This document shows positions 22,881 through 33,487 of a stretch of DNA of 56,301 nt, in pieces (positions within the stretch are counted from its first letter, which is position 1; every line of letters starts with the position of its first letter). Source of the DNA: an uncultured Ignavibacteriales bacterium (GTDB lineage: Bacteria > Zixibacteria > MSB-5A5 > GN15 > FEB-12); the NCBI GenBank assembly GCA_964464605.1, contig CAYXJN010000010.1, forward strand, positions 1-56,301. The letters run 5' to 3'. The notes beneath the pieces are model-generated. The model searched no databases, was not told the DNA's origin, and was given only the letters and a program-made list of their open reading frames with translations. The translations under genes and the position numbers were made by a program.

Positions 22881-23422
22881 TATTCGTCCCGCAATTCCTC
22901 GATATGTTTTCCGCCGATTGCGGCAAGAAACTGGCGCGTCGTGTCGCTGTTAAACAGTGGATCGGTCGATTCAATCGACAAAAAGAATTTGTCGTCGGTT
23001 ACTTTTTCAAAACGGGCGCTGTTGAACAGCGGGTGATGCAGGCGCGGAATACGGTTGATATGGAACATTCCAAACACCGCCGTCAGAGCAGCCGAGAGAA
23101 TCGTTATTGCAAACAACGGCGGAACCCACGCCTGAAATGAGCCAAACGGTTTGCCGGAAATAATCATCGGGTAGTCTTCCACCGAAAGCCACCAGACAAA
23201 CCCGAAGAAAGAGGACAATCCCAAAAGAGCGACAGTAAACACTATATACCCAAGTGGGGATCGCTGCTCACCCATTGCCACATCCATGCCATGAACGGGA
23301 AAAGGTGAATGACAATCGAAGTGTTTGTAACCGGCATCGCGGGTCTTTTCCGCAGCGTGCAAAAGTGCGGCGGTGCTATCGAACTCGGCCAGCAAAACCG
23401 TCATGGCTTTTTTGTCGCTCAT
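22880..23422 (-). CDS. actD: Alternative complex III subunit D (DUF3341)
   Basis: AEFD, SPFPVHG, IISGKP and TDDKFFL. Start placed at ATG 23422, which overlaps the actC stop. Confidence 0.9.
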   Translation of the reverse strand: MSDKKAMTVLLAEFDSTAALLHAAEKTRDAGYKHFDCHSPFPVHGMDVAMGEQRSPLGYIVFTVALLGLSSFFGFVWWLSVEDYPMIISGKPFGSFQAWVPPLFAITILSAALTAVFGMFHINRIPRLHHPLFNSARFEKVTDDKFFLSIESTDPLFNSDTTRQFLAAIGGKHIEELRDE

Positions 23423-24810
23423 CAGTGATGCGCCCCTTCTTTTTGGTGCATCGGGTGATGCGGGTCGGCTTCCGGCAATACCCCTTTCACTTCGGCGATG
23501 GACACCATCGGCAGGAAGCGCAGGAATAACAAAAAGAGCGTGAAGAACAGACCGAAGGAACCAATAAGAATACCGATATCGTTCCACGTCGGACGAAAAT
23601 ACTGCCATGCAGACGGTAAAAAGTCATTCGCTAAGGTCATAATAATAACGAATCGTTCGAACCACATACCGATATTGATAAAGATAGAGGCGATAAACAT
23701 GACCACGATATGCGTACGCAGTTTCTTGAACCAGAACAGTTGCGGCACAAGCACGTTACAGGAGATCATAATCCAGTATGCCCAGCCGTAATCACCGAAG
23801 GCACGGTTAAAGAAAGTAAACTGTTCGTACGGGTTGCCGGAATACCAAGCCATGAACATTTCCATTGAATAGGCGTAACCAACCATCGATCCGGTCAAGA
23901 GCATAACGATATTCATGCGCTCGAGAGTACGAATCGTGATAATGTCTTCAAGTCCCCACACTTTACGAGCAATAATCGCAAGCGTCATCACCATGGCAAA
24001 TCCGGAGAAAATAGCTCCGGCAACGAAGTAGGGCGGGAAAATAGTCGTATGCCAACCGGGAAGCACCGAAGTAGCGAAGTCGGTCGAAACGATTGAGTGT
24101 ACCGACAATACCAACGGTGTTGAAAGACCAGCCAAAATCAAATAGGCTAATTCATAATGTTTCCACTGCTTGTTGCCGCCGCGCCAGCCAAGTGAAAGAA
24201 TGCCGAATACCATCTTACGCACCTTTGTTTTGGCTCGATCACGAAGCGTGGCTAAATCCGGAATCAAACCGGTGTACCAGAACAAAAGAGAAACCGTAAA
24301 GTACGTGCCGACCGCAAACATATCCCACAACAGTGGTGAGCGGAAATTCGGCCACATTGACATCGAGTTTGGAAGCGGCATTACCCAATACAGAAGCCAC
24401 ATACGGCCAACGTGAATGGTCGGGAACATAAGTGCGCAGATAACGGCGAAAATAGTCATCGCTTCGGCGAATCGGTTAATAGAGGTACGCCAGCGCTGAC
24501 GAAGCAAAAAGAGAATTGCGGAAATAAGCGTTCCGGCGTGACCGATACCGACCCAGAACACGAAATTGGTAATATCAAACCCCCAGCCCACTGGAACCTG
24601 AAGGCCCCATACACCGATACCTTCCCATACGAGAATACCGATACAGACACCAAGCATTCCGGTCAAAGCAACGGAAATGCCGAACAGCAACCACCACCAT
24701 TTGGAAGTAGCCGCTTCAACAACGCCGCTGATCTTTTCAGTCAGGCTGTTGTACGTCGGGTTACCGGTTATCAGTTTTTCCGGTTCGATATATTTGTGCT
24801 GGCTATCCAT
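23422..24810 (-). CDS. actC: Alternative complex III quinol-binding subunit C (NrfD/PsrC family)
   Basis: [39 protein letters not shown] and [11 protein letters not shown]. Confidence 0.96.
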   Translation of the reverse strand: MDSQHKYIEPEKLITGNPTYNSLTEKISGVVEAATSKWWWLLFGISVALTGMLGVCIGILVWEGIGVWGLQVPVGWGFDITNFVFWVGIGHAGTLISAILFLLRQRWRTSINRFAEAMTIFAVICALMFPTIHVGRMWLLYWVMPLPNSMSMWPNFRSPLLWDMFAVGTYFTVSLLFWYTGLIPDLATLRDRAKTKVRKMVFGILSLGWRGGNKQWKHYELAYLILAGLSTPLVLSVHSIVSTDFATSVLPGWHTTIFPPYFVAGAIFSGFAMVMTLAIIARKVWGLEDIITIRTLERMNIVMLLTGSMVGYAYSMEMFMAWYSGNPYEQFTFFNRAFGDYGWAYWIMISCNVLVPQLFWFKKLRTHIVVMFIASIFINIGMWFERFVIIMTLANDFLPSAWQYFRPTWNDIGILIGSFGLFFTLFLLFLRFLPMVSIAEVKGVLPEADPHHPMHQKEGAHH

Positions 24811-24823
24811 GTTCTCTTTTCAA

Positions 24824-27793
24824 TTATCCGTGGTGAGCGGCATTTTCAGCTTTCGGTGTTTCAAGCTCCGGGTTCGGATTACGCAGTTTCGCCAGGAACG
24901 AAGTGCGCGGCTTGGTATACAGTTCCGCCAGCAGATCGTAATTACGATCCTGTTTTTTCATTTTCGAAACGGCGCTTTCCGGATCAAGGATATTTCCGAA
25001 CGTGATCGCGTTGGTCGGACAGCTCTGCTGGCAGGCTGTCACCAATTCGCCATCTTTCACCGTGCGATTTTCCCGTTTGGCTAAGAGTTTCACTTCGTTA
25101 ATGCGCTGGACGCAATAGGTGCATTTTTCCATAACACCGCGGGAACGGACGGTAACATCCGGATTCTGCGCCATCTTGATCGTTTCATGATAATCTTTGG
25201 TGTAATTAAAGAAGTTGAACCGGCGAACTTTGTACGGGCAGTTGTTTGAACAATAGCGCGTACCGATACAGCGGTTGTATACCATCACGTTCAGGCCTTC
25301 TTTATCATGGTTGGTAGCGGCAACCGGGCAAACCTGTTCGCACGGCGCCATTTCGCAATGCTGACAGGCCATCGGCTGGACGACCATTTCCGGTTCATCC
25401 ACATTCGTTCCGCCGAAATAACGGTCGATACGAATCCAGGCCATTTCGCGACCGCGACGCACCTGTTCTTTACCAACAACCGGAATATTATTCTCACTCT
25501 GACAGGCAATTGCGCAGGCATTGCAACCCATGCAGACATTCAAATCAATCGCCATTCCCCATTGATAGCCGGTGTCGTACTTATGTTCATTCCACAGCGC
25601 TTTAAGCGGCGGATGATGCACGGCCTCCGGCGCAAATTTCGGATCTTTCCGGTATTCTTCAAGCGTCGCTTCACGAATAATCGGACGTCCTTCCATGCTG
25701 CCATGATTCTGTGTAACGGCAATCAAGTAGGTGCCGCCGGTTGGTGAGACTGAAAGACCGGCATCAATATATGGGTGTGCTGAAGTACGAATTTTGTGCA
25801 CGTTGAAACCGACACCATTGCCGACTTGTCCGGCGGCAGTGCGGCCATAACCTATAGTCAAAGCGATTGAGTTATCGGCCTGACCCGGTGTAACCCAAAT
25901 CGGTCCTTCAACGCTGCGACCATTGAGCGTGAGTCTGACGACATCTTCATTTTTCACGCCGATACGTTCGGCAGTCGAACGGCTGATAATGACCACATTA
26001 TCCCAAGTAACTTTAGTTACGACATCGGGGGCTTCCTGCAGCCAGCCGTTATTGGCAAAACGTCCATCGTATACGGCAGGTGAAATATGGTACGTAACTT
26101 CGATATCTCCGGATGCCAGCGATACATGCGATTGCGCGGCATTGGCGACAGCCATCGTATTGATGGTTATCCCGGTCGCCTGAGTCGCGCTGTCGGTCAT
26201 AACACCATCATGAATCACTTTGCGCCATTTCGCTTCGAATCCGGTCTGGCCTAAAACAGGAGTCCAGGTTTCGCGGACTAATTCATATCCTTTTTTCTCA
26301 GCCGCGGTGGAAAGTACATGCAACAACTCACCTGCGGTGCGACCGTCATACATCGGCGCAATAAGCGGCTGAATGATACTGAGTGTGCCGTCATTGGAAC
26401 GTGCATCCCCCCAGCTTTCCAAATAATGCGCGTGCGGTAAATGCCAGGCAGCTAGCTGAGAGGTTTCATCAATATGTGAACTCAAATGCACCGAGAACGG
26501 AACCGCTTTGAGCGCAGCTGCAAAATCAACATCGGCCGGTGCAGTGTACACCGGATTGCCGCCTAAAATCGCTATGGCTGTAACACTTCCTGATTTCATA
26601 CGGGCGGTTAGCTCGGCAAATGCGCTGGTATCCGGAAGCATGGTATCAACCGGTTCATGGTAAGAAACGGTTGTACCGGTATTCCCTAAGGTATGGTTAA
26701 TCGCCGCAACAACTGCATGCACCCATGCCGGTTGGCGATATCCCGCCACGACAAGGCCTGTGCCTTTGTTGGCGGTTAAATCTTTGACTAAGACATCAAG
26801 GAATTTTGCATCGAAATCGGTCGACCCTGAGCCAACCGAAAGACCCAAACGGGAGGCTAAGGCCAACGCGAAATCACCAACTTTGTGCGCCTGTAACCGC
26901 AAACGGTGATCCGCCATTCCGCCGGTCGTTGAATACGTGCTTTCGACCACATACAAACGGTTCATTTCATCTTCAACAGTGGCAACACGACGACCATCCG
27001 CGAATCCGCGTGAGTTGCGGATACTTTCCGCTTCGGTCTGACCGAAATCGGAATCGAGGGCGAGAATTATTTTTGCTTTGCCGAAGTCATAATTCGGGAA
27101 TGCCGTTTTGCCGGTTGCGATAGCGACGCCATCATAGATATTGCGATCACTGACTGATTCATACGCCACGACCGATGCATTCGGGAAAGTCTTCTTGAAT
27201 TCATTCACTAACCGCATTTGTGTCGGCGAAGAAAATGATTCGGTCAGCACCGCTAATCCCTGTCCTTTATTAGCAAGGAACTGAGTGTATTGTTCGCGCC
27301 AGGCGGCGACAAAATCTTCGAATGTCTTATCAGCCCCTTTGAGCGTCGGAATCGGAGAGCGATCCGGGTCATATAAATCGAGCGTACTGCCGTAACCGAA
27401 AATAGTAGCTGCACCGAGTGATGACGGATGCAGTGTGTTCCCTTCAACCTTTGTCGGGCGTCCTTCATGACTTTCCACGACCAATCCGGTAGCTGATAAT
27501 CCGAGCGGCATGGTGGTAGCGAAATTAAGCGGCATGCCGGGGATGACTTCTTCCGGCTGCTTTACATACGACACTGCTTTGTATTCAGGACGACGGCAGG
27601 CAGCTAAACCGGCAAGGGCGAATGATGCGCCCATCAGTGCCAGGAAATTGCGGCGAGTCCATGAATTATCTAATTCTGAAGCATGCGCCGGAAATTCACG
27701 ATGCAGGATTTCCTTGAACTCCGGGGTATCCGCCATCTGTTCAAGCGAGCGCCAATAGGTGCGGCCGGTTTTTTTATCTTTTAACGGTGACAT
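24824..27793 (-). CDS. actB: Alternative complex III subunit B (molybdopterin-oxidoreductase-like domain plus Fe-S domain)
   Basis: YWRSLE, Tat motif TRRNFL with lipobox LAAC; Fe-S motifs [42 protein letters not shown] and CQQSCP. Confidence 0.96.
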   Translation of the reverse strand: MSPLKDKKTGRTYWRSLEQMADTPEFKEILHREFPAHASELDNSWTRRNFLALMGASFALAGLAACRRPEYKAVSYVKQPEEVIPGMPLNFATTMPLGLSATGLVVESHEGRPTKVEGNTLHPSSLGAATIFGYGSTLDLYDPDRSPIPTLKGADKTFEDFVAAWREQYTQFLANKGQGLAVLTESFSSPTQMRLVNEFKKTFPNASVVAYESVSDRNIYDGVAIATGKTAFPNYDFGKAKIILALDSDFGQTEAESIRNSRGFADGRRVATVEDEMNRLYVVESTYSTTGGMADHRLRLQAHKVGDFALALASRLGLSVGSGSTDFDAKFLDVLVKDLTANKGTGLVVAGYRQPAWVHAVVAAINHTLGNTGTTVSYHEPVDTMLPDTSAFAELTARMKSGSVTAIAILGGNPVYTAPADVDFAAALKAVPFSVHLSSHIDETSQLAAWHLPHAHYLESWGDARSNDGTLSIIQPLIAPMYDGRTAGELLHVLSTAAEKKGYELVRETWTPVLGQTGFEAKWRKVIHDGVMTDSATQATGITINTMAVANAAQSHVSLASGDIEVTYHISPAVYDGRFANNGWLQEAPDVVTKVTWDNVVIISRSTAERIGVKNEDVVRLTLNGRSVEGPIWVTPGQADNSIALTIGYGRTAAGQVGNGVGFNVHKIRTSAHPYIDAGLSVSPTGGTYLIAVTQNHGSMEGRPIIREATLEEYRKDPKFAPEAVHHPPLKALWNEHKYDTGYQWGMAIDLNVCMGCNACAIACQSENNIPVVGKEQVRRGREMAWIRIDRYFGGTNVDEPEMVVQPMACQHCEMAPCEQVCPVAATNHDKEGLNVMVYNRCIGTRYCSNNCPYKVRRFNFFNYTKDYHETIKMAQNPDVTVRSRGVMEKCTYCVQRINEVKLLAKRENRTVKDGELVTACQQSCPTNAITFGNILDPESAVSKMKKQDRNYDLLAELYTKPRTSFLAKLRNPNPELETPKAENAAHHG

Positions 27794-28428
27794 CCTGAGC
27801 AATCCGTCGGAGGGTTAATATTTTTTGCCTGTTTCAACTGAGCCGCCAGTTCCAACTGATTATCCGGCGCGACCCATTTCATATTGGTAACATCTTCTGT
27901 TTTCCGCAGATGCATATCGGGATTACGGTGGCAATCCAGACACCACGCCATACTCAACGGCTGTGAAATTGCGACTTCTTCCATCTGTTCGATATGACCG
28001 TGACAGCTGACACAACCAACACCGGCGCGAATATGCGCGCTGTGATTGAAATACGCGAAGTCAGGCAGCTTATGAACCTTCACCCATTCGATCGGTTTGC
28101 CGTTCATCCAGCTTTCCCGAACCGGTAAAAGCTTTTGACTTTCAGGCAGTACCAACAAGTGACAATTCATACAAGTTTGGGTCGGGGGAATAATTGAAAC
28201 GGCAGATACTTCAACAGAGGTGTGGCAATACCGACAGTCCATACCCAAATCGTCTGCGTGAAGCTTGTGGCTGTATTTCACCGGCTGATGCGGACGATAA
28301 CCGACTTCATAATAGTTGGGGGAACCGTAATACCAAATAAAACCGACTGCAGAGCTGCCGCCACCCAGTACGATGGCTGCGATTATCAGCGGAAGTTTAT
28401 TTGTCCATTTGGGAAATATTTGAGCCAT
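27781..28428 (-). CDS. actA: Alternative complex III pentaheme cytochrome c subunit A
   Basis: N-terminal TM and five CxxCH motifs (CRYCH, CMNCH, CVSCH, CLDCH, CSGCH). Confidence 0.96.
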   Translation of the reverse strand: MAQIFPKWTNKLPLIIAAIVLGGGSSAVGFIWYYGSPNYYEVGYRPHQPVKYSHKLHADDLGMDCRYCHTSVEVSAVSIIPPTQTCMNCHLLVLPESQKLLPVRESWMNGKPIEWVKVHKLPDFAYFNHSAHIRAGVGCVSCHGHIEQMEEVAISQPLSMAWCLDCHRNPDMHLRKTEDVTNMKWVAPDNQLELAAQLKQAKNINPPTDCSGCHR

Positions 28429-28442
28429 GGTGTCGAATTAAC

Positions 28443-28460
28443 TTGTTACAAAATTCACAA
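28443..28460. promoter_or_regulatory. Rex-type operator just upstream of actA
   Basis: TTGTTAC-AAAA-TTCACAA, 12/14 match to the Rex consensus TTGTGAA-N4-TTCACAA. Confidence 0.6.
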
Positions 28461-28585
28461 GTTGATGTTTGAAATTATCCGGCGAACTTCCGCTCGGCGG
28501 ACACAAAACATTCCCTTCCTTGATCAAGCGATCAATCACACTAACACGTATCATCATTTACTACGTTTAAGAACGACTGGGCGTT

Positions 28586-28614
28586 AGCATAAATCTGTGC
28601 CGGTACAGTGTCAA
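28586..28614 (-). promoter_or_regulatory. sigma70-type promoter of the act-cta operon
   Basis: TTGACA-N17-TATGCT on the minus strand. Confidence 0.7.
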
Positions 28615-28682
28615 CAGAAAACTGCCCGTTTTGTCTCTTTAACTGCATTAATCACTTACGGATAAGTAAAGTATTCCACGTT

Positions 28683-29552
28683 TTAGGCGGAGGCAATGAA
28701 ACCATCAATGATGACGGCGAGAAAGAGCGCGAAGAGATAAACTATTGAATAACCAAATAGTCCACGGAGTTTTTTGTGATCGGGATTGCGGCGGGCATCA
28801 ATCGCTTTCCAGACAAACCAACCACCCAAAAGAATAGCCGAAACAAGGTAAACTATTCCCCCACCGTACGCCATTAAGAGAAAACTGAAGAGCACGACGA
28901 TGATCGTATAGATAAGAATATAATTGAGCGTCGCTTTTTCCCCTTTAATCACCGGAAGCATCGGCAAATTGACTTTTTCGTAATCATCCTTGCAAACCAT
29001 CGCGAGTGCCCAGAAATGCGGCGGAGTCCATAAAAAGATAATCGCAAACAGAATTACCGGTGCAATCGCCATCTGCCCGGTCGCGGCAGTCCAGGCTCCA
29101 ATCGGCGCCATTGCTCCCGCAATTCCGCCAATGACAATGTTTTGCATCGTGCGCGGTTTCAGCCAAAGGGTGTAATACAAACTGTAAAACAGAATCGTTC
29201 CGAGCGCCAAAGCGGCGGTCAGCCAGTTAAAGAAGAGAGCAAAAACCAAAACTCCAGCCACGCCAATCGCGATTGAAAAGGACAATGCCGCTTGCGGGGT
29301 GATTTGGGATAACGGAAGCGGACGACGTTTTTGCGTCCGGCTCATTTTGGCGTCGATATCCCGCTCGAAGTATTGATTGAGCGCGTTCGCCGATCCACCG
29401 GCTAAAAACAAGCCCAATAATACAAGCAAGAATTTCCCCGGATTGTCGGAGAGACTCCCTTCAAGCGCAAGCGATGCTGTCCCGGTGAAAATCACCAGCA
29501 GCATGATGCTCGGTTTCGTGAGCTGGATATATGAGTTTACTTTGGCGAACAT
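28683..29552 (-). CDS. ctaB: Protoheme IX farnesyltransferase (heme O synthase)
   Basis: LTKP, NQYFERDIDAKMSRT..RPLP, YTLWLK, WTPPHFWAL and DY..V.LPMLP. Confidence 0.96.
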   Translation of the reverse strand: MFAKVNSYIQLTKPSIMLLVIFTGTASLALEGSLSDNPGKFLLVLLGLFLAGGSANALNQYFERDIDAKMSRTQKRRPLPLSQITPQAALSFSIAIGVAGVLVFALFFNWLTAALALGTILFYSLYYTLWLKPRTMQNIVIGGIAGAMAPIGAWTAATGQMAIAPVILFAIIFLWTPPHFWALAMVCKDDYEKVNLPMLPVIKGEKATLNYILIYTIIVVLFSFLLMAYGGGIVYLVSAILLGGWFVWKAIDARRNPDHKKLRGLFGYSIVYLFALFLAVIIDGFIASA

Positions 29553-29590
29553 ATTTTTTTACACACCGATGCCTTTGGCACCGGGCACCT

Positions 29591-29619
29591 AATGTATAGG
29601 GATATACGGATTGTGACAA
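29591..29619 (-). promoter_or_regulatory. sigma70-type promoter for ctaB
   Basis: TTGTCA-N17-TACATT on the minus strand. Confidence 0.55.
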
Positions 29620-29665
29620 GCGAATCGACGGAATCTTTTTTGCCCTTAGCTATCTAGTGTTCCAG

Positions 29666-30226
29666 CTACTTGGGATTCTTTTTTGTGGTTGTCGTTGGTT
29701 GACCTTGCGATTCCTCACTTTTGTAAGGAATACCCGGAGGCGGATTACGTTTGTAATAGTTCTCAATCAGATACCGAGGATCAGTTGTAAAAGTTTTGAA
29801 GGAATCAGTTTCTGGAACCCACCATCTATCTATCTTTTTGGGAAAGCGATCTTTCCTGTTTGTTTCAAGGTAACAGTTAATTCCACAGGTATCCGCTTTG
29901 GGTAAGGATAATAAAATTTCAAAAACTATCGGACCTTTTGAGCCAACTGTTCTTGATAACTCCATCGGTCCTGAATACGTAAATTTTAAGGTATCCTGAA
30001 TAACTAACTTGATTCGGTGTATCGTTGTATCAAAAACAGTATCGATAGTGATTTGCAGTGTTAGGTTTCCACCTTTGTAGATTTCGGGAATTTGTTTTAC
30101 AGAATATTTACACCATCCAAAGCCAGCAGTACTTACCTGCGGTGGCGTCCCTCGGCTTTTACTTATAGACAGCGCAACCGCTATAAGCGTAAGCATCATG
30201 AGTTTTGAGAATTGATTCACTTTCAT
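29666..30226 (-). CDS. Hypothetical exported protein (AT-rich)
   Basis: GGGGAG SD and signal-like N-terminus; no family recognised. Confidence 0.6.
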   Translation of the reverse strand: MKVNQFSKLMMLTLIAVALSISKSRGTPPQVSTAGFGWCKYSVKQIPEIYKGGNLTLQITIDTVFDTTIHRIKLVIQDTLKFTYSGPMELSRTVGSKGPIVFEILLSLPKADTCGINCYLETNRKDRFPKKIDRWWVPETDSFKTFTTDPRYLIENYYKRNPPPGIPYKSEESQGQPTTTTKKNPK

Positions 30227-30361
30227 TTGTCGTCTCCCCTATTACAATCCTGCACATAACAGAATTAGCCCGGATACCCAACCGGTGCCACACCTTCATG
30301 GCACAGTATAAGTAATAGACGCGATAAAATCTAAATTGTTAAATGACTTTTAGAGCACCTC

Positions 30362-30913
30362 TTACTCAAAATCCTGGTCGTCGCGGCCTTTGAGTGTTTT
30401 CAGGCGCGCGATGCTTGAATCGATCCATTGAAATAATGAATCCTGTTTCGCGCCTTCGATCTTCGTGCACCAATGCATCAGCCGATACGACAACAGCGGC
30501 ATATTGCCGGATTCAACTTCTTCCTTAATTTCCCTCAGCATGTCGATCTGTGAACCCTCACCGATAAACGGAAAATCAACCGACAGATCCAGATGTTTGA
30601 GTCCATGTTCGACATCTTCATCGATTAATCCCTTTACACCGGGGATAACATGATACCAGGGATATTCGGTTTTGTTGCTGTGACAATCGAAGCAGCTGTA
30701 TTCGAGAATCGGTTTTATTATCAGATACTCTTCATTGATTTGCTTGTACACAGCCAACCGTTCCGCTTCCGGGTTTTGCGCCGGTGATGTTGTCTGCGGA
30801 TCTTCCATCATGGATGTGCTGTCGACCGGTTGTGACGAATCATCATGTGCAAAACTAAGAGACATCAGTACTCCCAAACAGAGAAGCGGCAGCGCTACTT
30901 TTATCCATTGCAT
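30362..30913 (-). CDS. Periplasmic monoheme c-type cytochrome (Haem_bd-like)
   Basis: Signal peptide, SCFDCHSNKTEYPWY and MPL..Y..MH; GGAGG SD. Confidence 0.85.
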   Translation of the reverse strand: MQWIKVALPLLCLGVLMSLSFAHDDSSQPVDSTSMMEDPQTTSPAQNPEAERLAVYKQINEEYLIIKPILEYSCFDCHSNKTEYPWYHVIPGVKGLIDEDVEHGLKHLDLSVDFPFIGEGSQIDMLREIKEEVESGNMPLLSYRLMHWCTKIEGAKQDSLFQWIDSSIARLKTLKGRDDQDFE

Positions 30914-30940
30914 ATCATACCTCCCGTGACTTCTATACGA

Positions 30941-31876
30941 TTATTTTCTCGTAAGTAATGAGTCTCCCACGACTCGCCGTAAAAATCCATCTGCATTCGT
31001 CAGTAAATTACGCGCCTCTTCAGCAGAACAATTTTTCGCACGCATCACCAATGCCAGTTTCACCGAACCGTTTGCTTTGGCAAGCAAGGCATCTGCTTCT
31101 AACATATCAATTGACAGTAACTCCATTAATAATCTTCGTGATCGCGCCGCCAGTTTTTCTGACTTTGCCTGCAAGTCGACCATTCGATTGCCGTAGGTTT
31201 TCCCAAGCAGAATCATTGCGGTGGTAGAAATCATGTTAAGTGCCAGTTTTTGCGCCGTGCCGGATTTCATGCGCGTCGAACCGGTAATAACTTCCGGTCC
31301 AACCGGCAATGAAATGAGAATATCAACCGGCAGTTTTTCACCCGATGGTGGATTGCAAATAATGAATGCTGTTTTACAGCCCAATGATTGCGCGTAGTGC
31401 AACGCAGAAATGGTATACGGAGTTCTGCGAGAAGCCGCAATTCCGATGACCATATCAATAGAGGCAAGTTTCTGCTGCTTCATATCTGCAACAGCAGCTT
31501 CGGTGTTATCCTCCACCCCTTCTTTTGAAAGTATCAGCGTATCATAGCCGCCGGAGATAACGCCAAGGATCTGCTTCGGATCGGTTCCATAAGTCGGAGG
31601 ACATTCGGCCGCATCCAATACGCCTAATCTTCCCGATGTTCCCGCACCCACATACAATATTCTTCCACCCCGTTTCAGTGTTGCGGCAAACTCTTCTGCT
31701 GCCTGCGCGATTGCGGGTAATGCTCTGGCTACCGTTTCAGCGACGGTTTTATCTTCATCATTGATTCGTTTGGTGATGTCTATAGCTGAAAGCTTGTCGA
31801 TATCGACCGTTCGCGGGTTGACCGCTTCGGTTTCTAAAGCGCGGAGTTCATCGATGACTTTGTCGAGATTGCTCAT
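30941..31876 (-). CDS. murQ: N-acetylmuramic acid 6-phosphate etherase
   Basis: GAGTSGRLGVLDAAECPPT, GPEVITGSTRMKSGTAQK and GNRMVD. Start placed at ATG 31876. Confidence 0.96.
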   Translation of the reverse strand: MSNLDKVIDELRALETEAVNPRTVDIDKLSAIDITKRINDEDKTVAETVARALPAIAQAAEEFAATLKRGGRILYVGAGTSGRLGVLDAAECPPTYGTDPKQILGVISGGYDTLILSKEGVEDNTEAAVADMKQQKLASIDMVIGIAASRRTPYTISALHYAQSLGCKTAFIICNPPSGEKLPVDILISLPVGPEVITGSTRMKSGTAQKLALNMISTTAMILLGKTYGNRMVDLQAKSEKLAARSRRLLMELLSIDMLEADALLAKANGSVKLALVMRAKNCSAEEARNLLTNADGFLRRVVGDSLLTRK

Positions 31877-31942
31877 GGACAAATAGTACATCGCAGCGCT
31901 TGATGACGCCACTTTAATATGAATTGAAAATGCGGGTAAGAA

Positions 31943-32743
31943 TTAGTTTTGCTGAACGACACGAACCGTATCGAGGAACGTGACCATAATCGTACCGAAA
32001 CGGCCGTCTAAGTCAGAACGGTCGATATTATCCGGCAATTGGCTCGGAAACGGAACGGGAAGAATCATTTTGGAAAGCGCGCTGTCCGGCACTCCCCAGT
32101 ATGCGTAGACATATAAATTGTAAAGCCCGGGGTCAGGATTGATACCGTCATTTGCAAGAAAAGCTTCCGGCGGAATCGTTCCGGCATTACCGAAGGTCTG
32201 CACATAGCCGCTCCAACCGGTACCGGTATAGGCGCTGTCGGTTTTGACTGCTGCCATCACAAAACCGGTAGCGTTGGTCGCAACACTCCAGCTTAACGTG
32301 GCAGTACGCGGGTCTCCGGCAATCTGACGGTTAAACGGCGCGACAGAGGTAATGACAAAACTATCGGCGAGGCTTATGAGCGCTGAGTCGCGGAAGCCGT
32401 TCATGTCATCGATATAGACATAATGATTTCCGGCCGGGAATTGTAAGTAGGGACGATCGTCAAAATAGAAAACACTGTCACTGGAATATGGTGTCAGACT
32501 CGGCGCAAACACTGAGTCATCAAAACTAACTTCAACCGTGGTGACAACATCATCCTCTTTTTCCACCTGAATGATGGCGCGGACAGTATCTAAATTGGGA
32601 TCACTGACAAACACCCCTTCAAGCCGGAATGAACCGAACGGAAATGGCTTGTTGTTACCCGGTGCGCTTTCGCAACCAAAGTTACCAACTATGAAAAGTG
32701 CGGTTAAGGCGGTCAGAATTGATATGGAAAAACGTGTTTTCAT
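31943..32743 (-). CDS. Hypothetical lipoprotein (beta-rich)
   Basis: MKTRFSISILTALTALFIVGNFGC signal peptide with lipobox-like Cys, from ATG 32743. Confidence 0.7.
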   Translation of the reverse strand: MKTRFSISILTALTALFIVGNFGCESAPGNNKPFPFGSFRLEGVFVSDPNLDTVRAIIQVEKEDDVVTTVEVSFDDSVFAPSLTPYSSDSVFYFDDRPYLQFPAGNHYVYIDDMNGFRDSALISLADSFVITSVAPFNRQIAGDPRTATLSWSVATNATGFVMAAVKTDSAYTGTGWSGYVQTFGNAGTIPPEAFLANDGINPDPGLYNLYVYAYWGVPDSALSKMILPVPFPSQLPDNIDRSDLDGRFGTIMVTFLDTVRVVQQN

Positions 32744-33165
32744 AACTGTCTTACTCTTTATCGGTCGCGTTCGCCCAGATATTAACCCGGCTTTTTCCGT
32801 ATTAAAGAGATTGCCGGATAAGGGGTTCTGTAACAAACCAAGACAAAAGTGCAAAATTTTGAGAAAGTCGGAACATTTTTCAAAAAATCCTGTTAGAACT
32901 CAGTACAGTAACTAACTGGCGGCCATATTTAGTGTCAGCAGAATCATGTACACCATTGAGACCTAAGTACGGCCGCTACGTTAAATACTTGAACGCCCTC
33001 GCTCCATGATTGTCATCTGGTCCTTCACCAGGCTGCCAGTAGCATACTAACTTACCGGTAGCCAATATGTTAGACATCTCGCACAAAAGAAAAAACAGGT
33101 GTTAGTCGCTTAAAAATTTGGCGGCTCGTTTGACTTCCTTGAACTTCATCTTGCTGCCATACACG

Positions 33166-33207
33166 GTCCCGTGCTGATTCTCCCTCCCCCGGCGCGGGAC
33201 TTTTTTT
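33166..33207 (+). terminator. Orphan intrinsic terminator with a C-rich loop
   Basis: 11-bp stem GTCCCGTGCTG/CGGCGCGGGAC with two G-U pairs valid only on +, loop ATTCTCCCTCCCC, then T7. Confidence 0.6.
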
Positions 33208-33460
33208 ATCCAAAATCAGTACAAATTTTATCTGTTTGTTCCCCTACGGTCAGCATTGTACCGGTACGTTCAATTAACTCAGAGTCAGTATCCTCGATAT
33301 AACACAAATCAATGTCAGACAATGACATTACCTGTGGGCATTTCATTTGCCAGCGATAATTGCAAACGACACGCAGGGGAGGTGTCGCACACAAAAGTAA
33401 ACGGGGAGCTTGTTGAGCAGTTAGTTCACTGATTGATGAGCTTTTCCCTCTCTGAAAGCG

Positions 33461-33486
33461 AGGCGGGTAGGCAACTACCCGCTTTT
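33461..33486 (+). terminator. Hairpin terminator with GCAA tetraloop, possibly bidirectional
   Basis: GCGGGTAG-GCAA-CTACCCGC-TTTT; abuts the stop of the minus-strand GT4 gene. Confidence 0.65.
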
Positions 33487-33487
33487 G

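Noticed and set aside
23423..23608. N-terminal extension of actD in the ORF track (similar extensions on ctaD, lon, murQ, asnS, the HEAT gene and the lipoprotein)
   Set aside because: The extensions overlap upstream genes or promoters, and downstream ATGs fit SD position, coupling or homology better.
28520..28535. TTGAT...ATCAA, a possible FNR box upstream of actA
   Set aside because: The spacer is 6 nt, whereas FNR requires 4.
28587..28603. GGCAC...TGC, a possible sigma54 promoter for actA
   Set aside because: Spacing is GG-N11-GC rather than N10, and it overlaps a better sigma70 match.
33312..33359. Tiny ORF MSDNDITCGHFICQR in the intergenic region
   Set aside because: No SD and too short to support without conservation data.
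33361..33410. Resemblance to a c-di-GMP-I riboswitch (GCAAAC...hairpin...CAAAAG)
   Set aside because: No GNRA-capped stem or GACGCAAAG consensus, and no downstream plus-strand gene.
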